Below, piece after piece: positions 1-11,390 of a stretch of DNA of 64,000 nt. Origin of the DNA: Gnetum montanum (taxonomy: Eukaryota > Plantae > Gnetophyta). The position numbers and the translations under genes were made by a program. A model generated the notes under the pieces. It did no database searches and was not told where the DNA came from. It saw nothing but the letters and a program-made list of their open reading frames with translations. Within the stretch, counting starts at the first letter, position 1, and each line of letters begins with the position of its first letter. The stretch spans positions 46,772 through 110,771 of the forward strand of contig MNCI01002033.1 in NCBI GenBank assembly GCA_015680685.1. The letters are read 5' to 3'.

Positions 1-1296
1 CTTGAAGTTTAGATGCAGATATAAGACTTGCACGTAACAGGTTTTTCGACTGGACTCAACAACTGAAGCAAACAAAGGCTGCCTTGACTGTAATATTTGA
101 CGAAGAAGGAACGAGGATCGTCATTGTTTACGTGTATGTTGTCTTCGCACGAAAGTAATCGGATATGGCACATGGTAATCCATTAAACCTATAAATTCGG
201 AAGAATTATTGTATTAAGTCTTCTTCCCTGATAATATAATGCAATAGCGCCGGCGGAGAAGAATCTGTTTATCTTTTAATTATACGTAACCAAGGTTCTT
301 AATTGCGCCTGCAAATAAATTTCTTTCGTGGTTCCTGGTGTGTGTTGTCTATTCTATTCCAAGTTTGCAACGCATTTGCGTCTGCGTCATTCAGTTACCT
401 CTGAGCAGCCGATTTTCAAGGCTGCATTTCATTTACTTGTAATTTTATTTCATTGACCAGCCAATCATGGCTTTGTGGTCGTGCTAAGACGAAACTGCCG
501 TTCCGTATATGTTTTGGCGAACTATACACCGATCCACATTGGGTGGTCAATTTCGCCGGCTGCGGATATAGGTATGCGTGGGATACTTACATGGTCAAGT
601 AAACTAAAGTATGTTTTTAGAATTTTGTACAAGAGTCTGTTTTAAGAAAAATTCTAATTGTATTTTGGGGTGTTGGAACCTAAAATAAGTGATACATAGA
701 TGTACTTCAAGATATTATATTATATAACTTAGCATTGCTCATTAGAATTCTAGAGCTTCCAAATCAAATGTCTTCTCATTATTATTCTAAGTGTATTTTG
801 ATAATATCATTATCATCATCATCAGCCTACCTCTATCCTAACAAAATGAGGTTAGGTACCTGACTTCTTTTTGCCATTTCCCTATATGAAGAACTAGATC
901 TCTAATTTTTTGTAGGTTTTTCAAATCATCTTCAATTGTATTTCTCCATGTCTTTTTCCTAAAATAATGATATAGTAGCTTTTTGTTGAGGTTCATTGTT
1001 GATCTTCTTTGCACATGTCTAAACCATCTATATCGCTATTCTTGTAACTAATCCAAAATAGAAGTGACCCCAAGTATTCCTCTAATGTCTATATTATGTA
1101 GTTTATCTCTTTTGGTAATATTTGATATCCATCTAAGCATTCACATTTCACCACCATATAAGATAGCAAACGTAATTATTGTCCTACTAAATTTCCACTT
1201 TAGTTCTATTGGTATTTTTTTATGATATAGACATCACTAGCCTGTCTCTATTTTGACCATCCTAGGTAACCCTAAGTCATAGATTTGATTCTACTA
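1..1296 (-). repeat. Left arm of a ~1.2-kb inverted duplication (copy of the alliinase/TAR upstream region)
   Basis: Reverse complement of ~10114-11292. Positions 1-213 are identical to the partner arm. Similarity falls distally and stops where an LTR begins at 1298. Confidence 0.95.
790..1260 (-). mobile_element. RTE-clade LINE 3' remnant (inside the duplicated arm)
   Basis: The minus strand reads as a degraded RTE C-terminus (R-W-F-R-H-V-Q-R-R, K-T-W-R-N-T-I-E-D-D-L) and ends in a (GAT)n-type tail. It mirrors 10144-10612. Confidence 0.75.
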
Positions 1297-1297
1297 G

Positions 1298-1385
1298 TGA
1301 TGAATCATGGTTTGTTAGGTGTTGATATTGAACCCTTGTTAACTAGGTACTAATATCAGACCCCTGTTATCGGATCCCTCATATC
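1298..1385 (+). mobile_element. 5' fragment of an older Athila-like LTR, interrupted by a younger LTR
   Basis: Starts TGATGAATCATGGTTTG, resembling the LTR start at 55128 (TGATGAGTTATGATTTG). A second TGATGAGT start follows at 1386. Confidence 0.6.
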
Positions 1386-2207
1386 TGATGAGTCCCGATA
1401 TCGGACCCCCGATATCACACCCGTGATATCGCGTATGCGATATCACGAGCGATATCGCATACATGATATCACGGTTCCCATATGAGCTTATAAATACACA
1501 ATGGGGCGAATGGGAAAGTAATAGTTAGTTTAGTATTAGAGTAGGATCTTTGTGTTAGTTTTTCCTCTCAAGCCTTTCTCCTAGTGCATGCCCACAATGT
1601 GATGATTGTAATTGTACGGCACCTTTATTCGAGTGTGGACATGCACATGACCGGAAATAAAGATCGAGATTACTTCTTCATTGTAGCATTCACTTAGTTT
1701 AATTATTTAATTTTTATTGTTATTTATTGCTTTCATAGTTAATATCTCTTCACCCTAAACTCCTTAAACGCGGAATGAGTATAACTTAATCATGAGCATT
1801 TAAGTGTGACTACTTGATAACCCAATAGCGTACCTAGGATCTATGCTTGGTAATCCCAATAGTAGTTGTGCACGAGGTCCAAGATGTGTACGGATGATTA
1901 AGGAATGGATGCTCATCGCACTTAGGCTAGCTTAGACTCTCTTCATGCTTTTCCTCCTAGCTTAATTAAAGATTATTTTCCATTACCTCTAGAAGTAGCA
2001 CTAGGTTAGAAACCACATCATACACCTCACTCTAGACTAAACCATACATGATAAAGCAAATACTAGTGTAGGTGGGAAGACAACAAACTACAATCAATGA
2101 GTAACTATCTAGACACCACAACTAGCCCATCTACGGAGTTCAACTAGATTGTGCATGAAACGCTCGTATTTGTATGGTTGAGTGTAGGGGTACCTTGCCA
2201 ATCATCA
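1386..2207 (+). mobile_element. Athila-like Ty3/gypsy 5' LTR followed by a tRNA-Asp PBS (2209-2226)
   Basis: TGATGA...TCATCA termini, a CGATATCG array, and TATAAATA at ~1488. The PBS TGGTGCCATTGCCAGGGA resembles TGGCGCCGTTGCCGGGGA, the complement of the plant tRNA-Asp 3' end. Similar to the LTRs at 17484 and 22915. Confidence 0.88.
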
Positions 2208-2339
2208 TTGGTGCCATTGCCAGGGATAGTGTTAGTTATTTAGATTAGTTCCATCATACAAGATCGTTGTAACAAAGTATTAACGATACATATTTTAGGA
2301 AAAAGTAATTGCAAACAAGTCACACAAAAATTCATAACA

Positions 2340-3490
2340 ATGTCTCTCTCACAAGACTCTAACAACGCAACAACTAGTAAGGTAATTCATTGGAGAACCA
2401 ACAACTTATATGATGATGAAGATAAAGTTTGGAGTAGTCAACCTTATGCAAGAGTCCCCTACGTTCATGAACACCCCAATGATACTCAAAGACTTTCATC
2501 ATCCAACTCTAACACCTCTAGTAAGGATGAGACATCCCATAGAACGAGGAGGCCCGAAAGGCCTAGGATCTTCTCAATAACTAACAAGAACTTATTTGGG
2601 GATGATGGGAAGACTTACAAAAGTCATAACCAGTTTTACAGTTCCCTCTCTTCCTCTGCTCCTTCAATGTCAGATTGTGACATGGATGACTATCTTTCAA
2701 GGGATTAGCATAGAACTAAACATCGAGCTCACAAAGAAAATCAAGAATGCCAACATGAACAAGGACAACATCGTCCCAACACACAAATTCACAACCCACT
2801 TAGTGACGATGAACCCTTGCTAGCCACTAAGAACCTAATGCCTATACGAGAGGCTATTTGAATATCCTATAGGCATCACAAGGAAAGCCATCTACCTAGG
2901 CTTGACTTAAACAACTTTTCCAAGTTCTCAGGAAGCTATGAATTAGATCCGCAACAACATTTACNNNNNNNNNNNNNNNNNNNNNNATATCTTTCTAAGG
3001 CCATGTCTAAGGCTTCATGTTGCATTTATTTCCACTCTTGGATTTGTCTCCTCAAGGCTAACACTCTTGCATAAGTTTGATATCTTTCATTGAAGAGTTC
3101 TACCATTGTCGGCCAACATTGAATTGATTTTGGGTTTAACAACCTATACCACTTTTGCGTGGCCAATGAGTGTCATAGGANTACAACTACCCAGGTCATG
3201 GGTTCTTCGAGGAGAGGCTAATGTATCATATAATAGATGGGCTCTGTAATGAAACAAGGGAAACCTTAGGGATGCATGCCTGGGGTCAATTGTATGAGCT
3301 ACGAACCCATCAATTCCAAGAGCTTATCAAGTGGGGAGCAAAAGAATAAGGAGAAATGGCTAAATGGGAGAAAGCTGAAAAATCTCAATAGGCCCAAAAA
3401 TCAACAAGGGCCCATGATTATGAAGAGGAGAAATCAACTCACCACAAGGAGGTGGAACCATCTTTGCCAGTACTACAATCAACCATAAAA
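2340..3490 (+). pseudogene. Degenerate Athila-like gag; the 2987-3180 segment is inverted between assembly gaps
   Basis: Homologous to the gag region 56150-57300 (LLATKNLM, LPRLDLNNF-PKF, GQLYELRTH). The piece 2987-3180 matches the reverse complement of ~56900-57060. Confidence 0.75.
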
Positions 3491-4124
3491 TTCATGAGGG
3501 ACTTCATGTGACCTTAATTGGAAATTTCATTCCACTTTCTCTCTCATCTATCTATGCTTTTTCCATGACTTAGTTCACTATTAGTATCCATGTCCTTGTT
3601 TGATGTCTTGGTTTGACATGCCTAAATTCTAAAGTAGATTCTTCTAGGTTTTGGTCCTTAACTTTCATAACCATTAATCACCTATGGGGCCCATGGACTC
3701 CTTAGGTTGAGGTTATGCAAGGGTAAAAAGGGCATGTGCCTACTATGGGAAGGATCCACTTGGATATCTCTTGGTTGGGTTAGTTATGTGCCTCATCCTT
3801 AGACATTCCCACAATTCAAACATTTGTGCACCCCATCCGATGCATCCAACTATGCACTTCTTAAGGTAATTTTTTCAATGAATAAAATCTCCATCCAATT
3901 TTTCAATTTTTGAGCTTTCAATAGCCTTCTTCAATGATTCCATTAGATTCTTGGCTTTTCTAGGACTCCATGGACCCTACTTTCATCAGAAAACTCTATG
4001 TATTTTTCGAGAAATTCAAGTTGAAAAATTTTGTTTACACCCTTCATAAACGGGTACCCATCGATGAACCCCCTACATATATGAGACCTCATATATAAGA
4101 ACCCATCAATGCGACACAAAACTA

Positions 4125-4126
<2 letters not shown>

Positions 4127-4167
<41 letters not shown>
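4127..4167 (+). repeat. (AC)n microsatellite, about 20 units
   Basis: Directly visible; ends at an N (4168). Confidence 0.95.
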
Positions 4168-4611
4168 NCCATACTTCAAATTTTTCACATTTCCTTTTAA
4201 ATGCTAGAGGAGTTTTTGCAATTTTCAGAGCCCAGAACTTTCCAGAAGTCATATCTTCCTAATTGTTTGTCCAAATCACTTTGTTCTTTAACCTTGTAAC
4301 TACCAAAGGTAAGCTCTTAGTTGTGGTGGCCACAAACTTGAATGTTTTGATAGAAAAGTTTTCTAAATATTTCTAACTCCCACAAAGGTTTAACAAAGAA
4401 ACCAACATGAAAACATCAAATTACAAAAAGTTAAACCCTTTCAACTAGCTCTGTAACACTTTGAACTTTAAAATTAATAAAATAATAATAAAATAACCAA
4501 TCTACCATGGTCAAGCCTTAGCCTAAGTATAACTAACTAATGAGATGAGGTATCAAAACATTATAGGTTACACATTATATATACTAATCCTTGGATGTGT
4601 TGTGACCACAG

Positions 4612-7464
4612 ATGGCACCAAAGGGGAAGCACACAAAAGAAGGAGGACCATCACAACCATGAGACAAATGACCACAAATAGGAAGGGGCCAAGAATAAGT
4701 CCAAGAATAACAGGTAGAAACCCATGCTAAGAGACCTCTTAAAGAGGAGCTTGAAGTGAAATTTATCCATCAGATTTCAAAACAAGCAGCAGTGATAGAG
4801 TAATCCCACCAAGATGAGACACCAACTCCACAAGAAAATCTTGAGGTGACCTTAATAGAAGCCTACATCAAGTAGATCAAATTAAAGGAGGTTTAGAATA
4901 TGGTGCTCCAAGAGTTAAAATTTTGGCTTGTTCTTGGAGCAAGCACCTCAAGAAGTACAAGATCAAAGGAAGACCTCTTCCATGTGTCCCATCATGACTT
5001 TCAATGGGGAGTGGTATGTGGGAGAGACATTCTTATTTTGGAATAATAAGCAAGCTGGTACAATGATCAAGATCAAGGAAATTTCAATTTCCTACTTGAT
5101 GCAATCCATTTCAAAGGCACTTGGGTTTTTGGAAACTAGGGTGAATCTTACTGATATTTCAATACAAGCAGATCCCAACATCAAGAAAGAATGAATATAG
5201 TGGTGTTATGGCATCAACTATAAGGATTTTGGTGCACCTACACTAATGGAGGGACTCTACTACAAGATTGTTATCTTTCACCTCAATCCAATGGTGAGGC
5301 CAAGCAAGATCACTGCCTTCTCCACTTGTGCATGTGTTGCTCTAAGTGGTAGATTCCTTGTCAACCTTCCATAGCTAATTTATCTTGAGATAGAAAAGTG
5401 GTTCAAGTAGAATGAATCCGGAAGGAAGACACTCCCCTTTCCATGCCTCATCAAAAAAACTATTTTGAAGGGAAGGAATAACCCATTATACAAATGATGA
5501 AGTCCAATGTGCTTTATCTGCTAACTAAACGAAGATGATGAAGCATAAAGTCTCTGCCAAAGTCATCCAAGAAGAGGAGTAACAACCACCACCTCCACCA
5601 TCCACTTAGCAAATAGTGTCAAACGTCACTACAACTTCTCAATAGTTGTGCAAATTCTAAGAATGTCTCTTGAATGAGTAAGAGCAACAAGTAGGAATGA
5701 GTGGTGGTAATGCATTTGTGTATCAATAAGCAATGAGTGACCTAAATGAAGTGGCTTGAACAATTAGCCAAATAGTGAGAGGTGGACCAATCTTTTTGAT
5801 CCAAAGAATGTAGTTACTTGCAAGATCGAATCATAGTGCCTGAGTGGTAATGGTATCCCTATCGCAATAGCAGCAATTCTCAAAAATCTCTAGGAATGCT
5901 GCTACTTTTTCAATGTGCTTGTAGGAGGGTAAGGGAGTAACAGTTTTGGTGATGCAGCACTAGGGATAGGAGACAGTATTGGAGGTGATTGCTAATAGAA
6001 TTGCTGAAATACTAAATGCACATGCAACATCTATACCAGACATCTCTGCACTTAAATATGCGTAGATGTCTATGGGGATAGTAAGCAACAAGTTGAGCAT
6101 AGCACAACATGAATAATTTTTGGACTAATTGGTGGAAATCAAGTAATTGATTCTAGACATCTTTGACATTTTGGATAACATAAGTGCAACCTAGTCAAAG
6201 CTATTAGAATTAAGGTGCAAGAACATAATTTTGGAGGGAAAACATGAAAGATCCAAAGAGCTAAATGAATGCTTGGATATTGAGGTTGCCCAACTAAATA
6301 CTTGGATTCTTGACCCTACATTTCTCAACCTAGCACTGACAAAGGATGTAGCTCTTGAATAGCTTCAGACAAGATTGAAAGGGATTAAGGATGCAATGGA
6401 GATGATGGTGTTCTATCAATCCTTGGTAGAGGCCACTCAACATAAAATTTAGAAGGCCTTGGATCAGATCCATTAAGAGAATGTACAATTGACTATAGAG
6501 AATCATTGCCTATGAAATGTTAATGCACAAAAATAACAAATGATAGATTTCATACATTAATAGTAGGAGTAGCTAGCTAGAGTGAACACTGAGCTGAGGA
6601 GATTAGTAGTAGAAAATAGAAATCTCTTCATGAAGGAGGTTTGTCCTCTTTGCCAAAAGACTACAATTGAAGTAGCTACTTAGAAATCAGAGGCTCTCAA
6701 ATTTGAGAGTAAAAAATTACTACAAAGTTCAGGTTGGTCTATAGAAAGAAGTTAATGAAAAAAAAACATCCAATTGGTGAAGGCAAAAGTAAATGAGACC
6801 CTTCAGCAACTCCAACAAGGAAGAGAGGTATGGCAACCTATCATTGATGGGATAGATGCTTACAACAAAGTGGAAATCCACATGAAGGAGTTGTAGATTA
6901 AGAAGATGATAGAATACATGGAGCTTGCCAATCTTGAATATGCAAATTTGGTAATGCTAACTAATGGCCATGGTTTAAATTGGAGAAACAAGTGGCTAGC
7001 TCATACTTATTGTACAAGGTAGAGTTCAAGCATCACAAGGACACTAAGCATAAGCTTGTAGTGGAAAACATGGAACTCAAGGTTGTCAAGGAAAATTTTA
7101 CTTATCAAAGATCAATTACTGAGAAACTAGCTAAGAGGATGAACGGCTACCAGGAACTGTAGAACACACTCAAGGCATTCAATATCGAATGCAAGAAATT
7201 TGCTACTTGGTTTGTTAATGTGAAGGAGCTATTCCTAGTAATGCCCTATCCATTGGATATCCCCATTCTAGCCCACATTGGTGATGCAGCATGGATTGTG
7301 AATGATTCCTAAAGCAAGGAGGAGAAGATGAAGGCATTTTTGGATGCCTTTCATCTTGCATTGTAAGTGGCAGCTGCAATAGAATAGCCACAACCACCTC
7401 AACCACCACTTGTGTCCAAAGCAAGAGAAGGTCCTTTAGAACCTCAAGAATCTCCACCACCTAG
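4612..7464 (+). pseudogene. Degenerate accessory ORF2 of an Athila-like element (plant-transposon-protein-like N-terminal part, long coiled-coil C-terminal part)
   Basis: The ATG follows acceptor-like TGTGACCACAG. The motif WYVGETFLFWNNKQAGTMIKI is homologous to WYLGETYQFWHNKEEGTMVNI at ~18840-18905 (-). E/K/Q/L-rich fragments run to ~7460, with many stops. Confidence 0.65.
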
Positions 7465-7696
7465 GATCATTTGATCTTTTTAATTGTATTCATACTATCA
7501 AATGATGTGTTATCCAATTTTGTTTAGTCATGTTCTTGTGTTCAATTTTGTGTCATGAACATTACAATTTTGTAATCAATGTTAATTCGTATACTCATGG
7601 ACTTAGTTTTGTTGTGTCATGTGTCAGTCAATTATTCCATACCTTCCCAATTTTGTAAACAACTTGAGGATGAGTTCTCATTCCATTATAGGGATA

Positions 7697-8574
7697 TGAT
7701 GAAATGTCTTCAGTCGGTTGCATCGATGGGATGTCATTGACGTGACCTTGTTGATGTAGGGTTTTCCACATTGATGTGTACCTATCAACGTGGCATGCTA
7801 GTAGGTCTATAAATACGACACCCTAGCCATGTTAATGAGGGTTAGAATTTTAGTTGCTAGTAGAATTCTTGTAGTTTATTTTTGTAAGAGATAGAGAATA
7901 ATTTCTTAAGTGCCTGCAGCAAGAGTTAAGGAGTGTACAAATCTTTATTTGAGCACTGTTGTACCTAAGCACTGCAGTGTGTGCAGCAATAAAGATGAGC
8001 TTTTTGATAAACCTTGTAGCACCTGGACTAGCTCAATGATTTATTTATGCATTTATTATTTTCATTAATTAAGTGATTAATTAAGCTAGAATGATTAAGA
8101 CTTTAAGTAATTAATTAATTAAGCTAAATAGATTAGCACACATAAGTACGACCACTTCGAGCATATGTATAACACTTGTAATTCTAGTAGCACTTAATGT
8201 TTGGTTATCCAGCAGTGTTGTACATGTTCAAGATGTGTATAGAAAGTGAGACCAGATGCTTATGTTAGGATAGTTAGTTATTAATTAGCAATTAAATTTG
8301 TTAAATTTGTTAATTAATTTATCCTCAATCTATTACCAACTGTAGGTGAACAAAATAGAAAATAATAGAAATCATGTGTCTCAATTGTACTTAACCATAC
8401 AACTGAGCTTCACAAGTGTAGTTGGGAAGACAATGACTGTTCCATGATTAGATTTACCTTCTATATTGAGTCTTGTGTATGAGAACACTAGAAATCCATG
8501 GAGTTTGACTAGATCACACATGAATGCTTTAGTGATTCAGATGGTTGGGCATAGGGGTATGTTGCTACTCATTA
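7697..8574 (+). mobile_element. Athila-like 3' LTR (different subfamily from the LTR at 1386)
   Basis: Preceded by the family motif ACTTGAGGATGAGTT...GGGATA. Starts TGATGA and ends ATGGTTGGGCATAGGGGTA...CTCATTA. Closest to the LTR at 49478. Confidence 0.85.
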
Positions 8575-9119
8575 GGCTTTCTTAGGATTTGACTCGGTCT
8601 AATATGCTCTTGTTAGATTCGTATGGTAGGGAAGTTGTTTGAACTTGAAAGAATTTGACTATAGGTACATCCTAATACATATAGGTATGATATATTAGAA
8701 GAATTATAAAGGAATATAATAATGCCTCAAGTATGACTCCCACTAGTAGCCTCTTACCTAATAAGAAAATGAGTTAACTATTTAAACCACCTATTAATGG
8801 CTTAGATTTGTATGGTAGTGTGTTTGGTATATTTGTTGGTTATCATTAAGTTATTTATTTATTTTTTGTAGTTCCTTCTATGACTTCTTCATTTCTACTT
8901 TATGTGTATTATTTGATGGATTCACTTATACTCATGATCCTACTAGAACTTTATAATGTCTTCTTCTTCTTCTTTAAGCCTTTTATGTTGTGATCTTCTT
9001 TGATGAACTAAATTCCAAAGGTATTAAAAAACACCTCATTTCTCTACCTCCTAATTTGTACTCTTGAGAAAAACATAATTGATAGAAAATATAAAATTAA
9101 ATGGTACATCATAAACANC

Positions 9120-9823
9120 GACTACAATTTGTAAAAGACATGATTCAAACATTTACTTATTATTACAAGTATGTACTACTATTTTACTCAACTTGATTAA
9201 CATGTGAAACCTTTTAGATANATTTGCCTAATGGCATAGGTATGTCTACTTAAAATTTCATTCTAACACAAGAATAAAAGATAGCAACATTTGTACAAGT
9301 TCTAACGGTCATGCATTTTGAGTCTTTAAGTATACTTGTAATAGTATATTATGTAAATCATAGTTGTACGTTAAATAACAATATTTTATTAATATGTGAA
9401 AAACTTTAAGGTTTTGGCAATTGCATTAATAAATGCTAGAATATGTAAGCTAATGCATAGTTTTCTTTCTAGCATATAAAACCACCAATTCCCTAAAACT
9501 AGTGTTTTTGGTGAGGTTGATCATAAAATCAACCATAATCATTGATTTGAAATTTGGACTCAAGCCATAGTTAAGTTAGATTTTTGTATAAAACCCCTTA
9601 TTTCTAATGAAATATCAATGGTTTTAATAGTGGTTTTTTCTAGTACAACATGACTTAGCTCATAGATTTTTTTTAGTGTTTTTAATTTTTCTACCTAACA
9701 TATTTCTAGATAAATTAAACACTATCTAAAAGGTTTCACATGTTAATCAAGTTGAGTAAAATAGTAGTACGTACTTGTAATAATAAGTAAATGTTTGAAT
9801 CATGTCTTTTACAAATTGCAGTC
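9120..9823. repeat. ~700-bp segment bounded by ~100-bp near-perfect inverted repeats (MITE/MULE-like element or assembly artefact)
   Basis: 9120-9220 is the reverse complement of 9723-9823 with about 2 mismatches. No clear TSD. The left arm is bracketed by Ns at 9118 and 9221. Confidence 0.6.
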
Positions 9824-9839
9824 ACTATTATGCTATAGA

Positions 9840-10612
9840 ATCAAAAGGCTTAAAAAGTAGAAGTAAGATATAATATATGGAATGCAATTTTAATAAAAGC
9901 ATAAATAGTAGTGAAATAGAAGAGTTCCTCATTGCAAATAGTTCTCCCACTTAGGAAATAATCAAATAGTAAAATTGATAAAGATATAAGAAATAGATTT
10001 GATGTAGGATGGTCAAAATAGAAAGGGGGAAGGGGAGGGGGGTGTTGGAACCCGAAATAATTAAAACATAGGTACACCCTAAGATTTATAGAAGTTTATA
10101 AATTAGTGCTACGTAGTAGAATCGAATTTGACCTAGGCTTACTTAGGATGGTCAAAATAGAGACAGGCTAGTGGTGTCTATATCATAAAAAAAAAAAAAA
10201 AACCAATAGAACTAAAGCAAAAATTTAATAAGACGATAATTAGGTTTGCTATCTAATATGGTGGTGAAATGCGAATGTTTAAATAGATATCGAATGGTAC
10301 CAAAAGAGATAAACTACATAATATAAACATTAGAGGAAGACTTCGGGTCACTTCTATTTCAAATTAGCTACAGGAATAGCGATATAGATGGTTTAGACAT
10401 GTGCAAAGAAGATCAACAATGAACCTATAACAAAAAGTTACTATATCATTATTTTAGGAAAAAGACATGGAGAAATACAATTGAAGATGATTTGAAAAAG
10501 CTACAAAAAAATAGAGATCTAATTCTTCATATAAGGAAATGGCAAGAAAGAAGTCATGTACCTAACCTCATTTTGTTAGGATAGAGCTAGGCTTATGATG
10601 ACGATAATGATA
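9840..10612 (+). mobile_element. RTE-clade LINE 3' remnant upstream of the gene
   Basis: Degraded reading: KGLK..., DIRNRFDVGWSK*RQASGV, RWFRHVQRR, KTWRNTIEDDL, then a GCTTATGATGACGATAATGAT tail. Confidence 0.78.
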
Positions 10613-11292
10613 TTATGAAAATACACTTAAATAACAATGAGGCATCAACGTAGCGATAAGATACTTGATTTGGAAGCTTCCAAGAATAGCAATGCTAAGT
10701 TATATAAAATTATATTTTGAAGTATATATATGTTTCACTTATTTTAGGTTCCCCAAAATACACTTGGAATTTTTCTTGAAACATACTCCATAAATTCTAG
10801 AAACATACTCCAGGTATCCATGCATACCTATATTCAATGCCGGCAAAAATTACACGTAAATGAAATGCAGCCTTGAAAATCGGCTGCTCAGAGGTAAATG
10901 AATGACGCAGACGCAAATGCGTTGCAAACTTGGAATAGAATAGACAACACTCACACCAGGAACCATGAAAGAAATTTATTTGGAGGCGCAATTAAGAACC
11001 TTGGTTACGTATAATTAAAAGATAAACAGATTCTTGTCCGCCGGCGCTATTGCATTATATTATCAGGGAAGAAGACTTGTACAATAATTCTTCCGAATTT
11101 ATAGGTTTAATGGATTACCATGTGCCATATCCGATTACTTTCGTGCGAAGACAACATACACGTAAACAATGACGATCCTCGTTCCTTCTTCGTCAAATAT
11201 TACAGTCAAGGCAGCCTTTGTTTGCTTCAGTTGTTGAGTCCAGTCGAAAAACCTGTTACGTGCAAGTCTTATATCTGCATCTAAACTTCAAG
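10114..11292 (+). repeat. Right arm of the inverted duplication, including the proximal promoter region of the alliinase/TAR gene
   Basis: Reverse complement of 1-1296. The proximal ~450 bp retains CpG and has four ACGT-core motifs (~10854, 11007, 11160, 11258). Confidence 0.93.
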
Positions 11293-11390
11293 AAAGAACC
11301 ATGGGCACTATTAATTTCATCCACTTGCATTTGATCCATTCCACAACCCAAAATTATTCCGTCTGAAATCTCATTTGCAGCAACATAAAC

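Noticed and set aside
2987-3180. Biological inversion within gag
   Set aside because: Bounded by Ns on both sides, so most likely a mis-oriented contig.
3943-4188. Cys-Val repeat ORF
   Set aside because: Translation of the (AC)n microsatellite.
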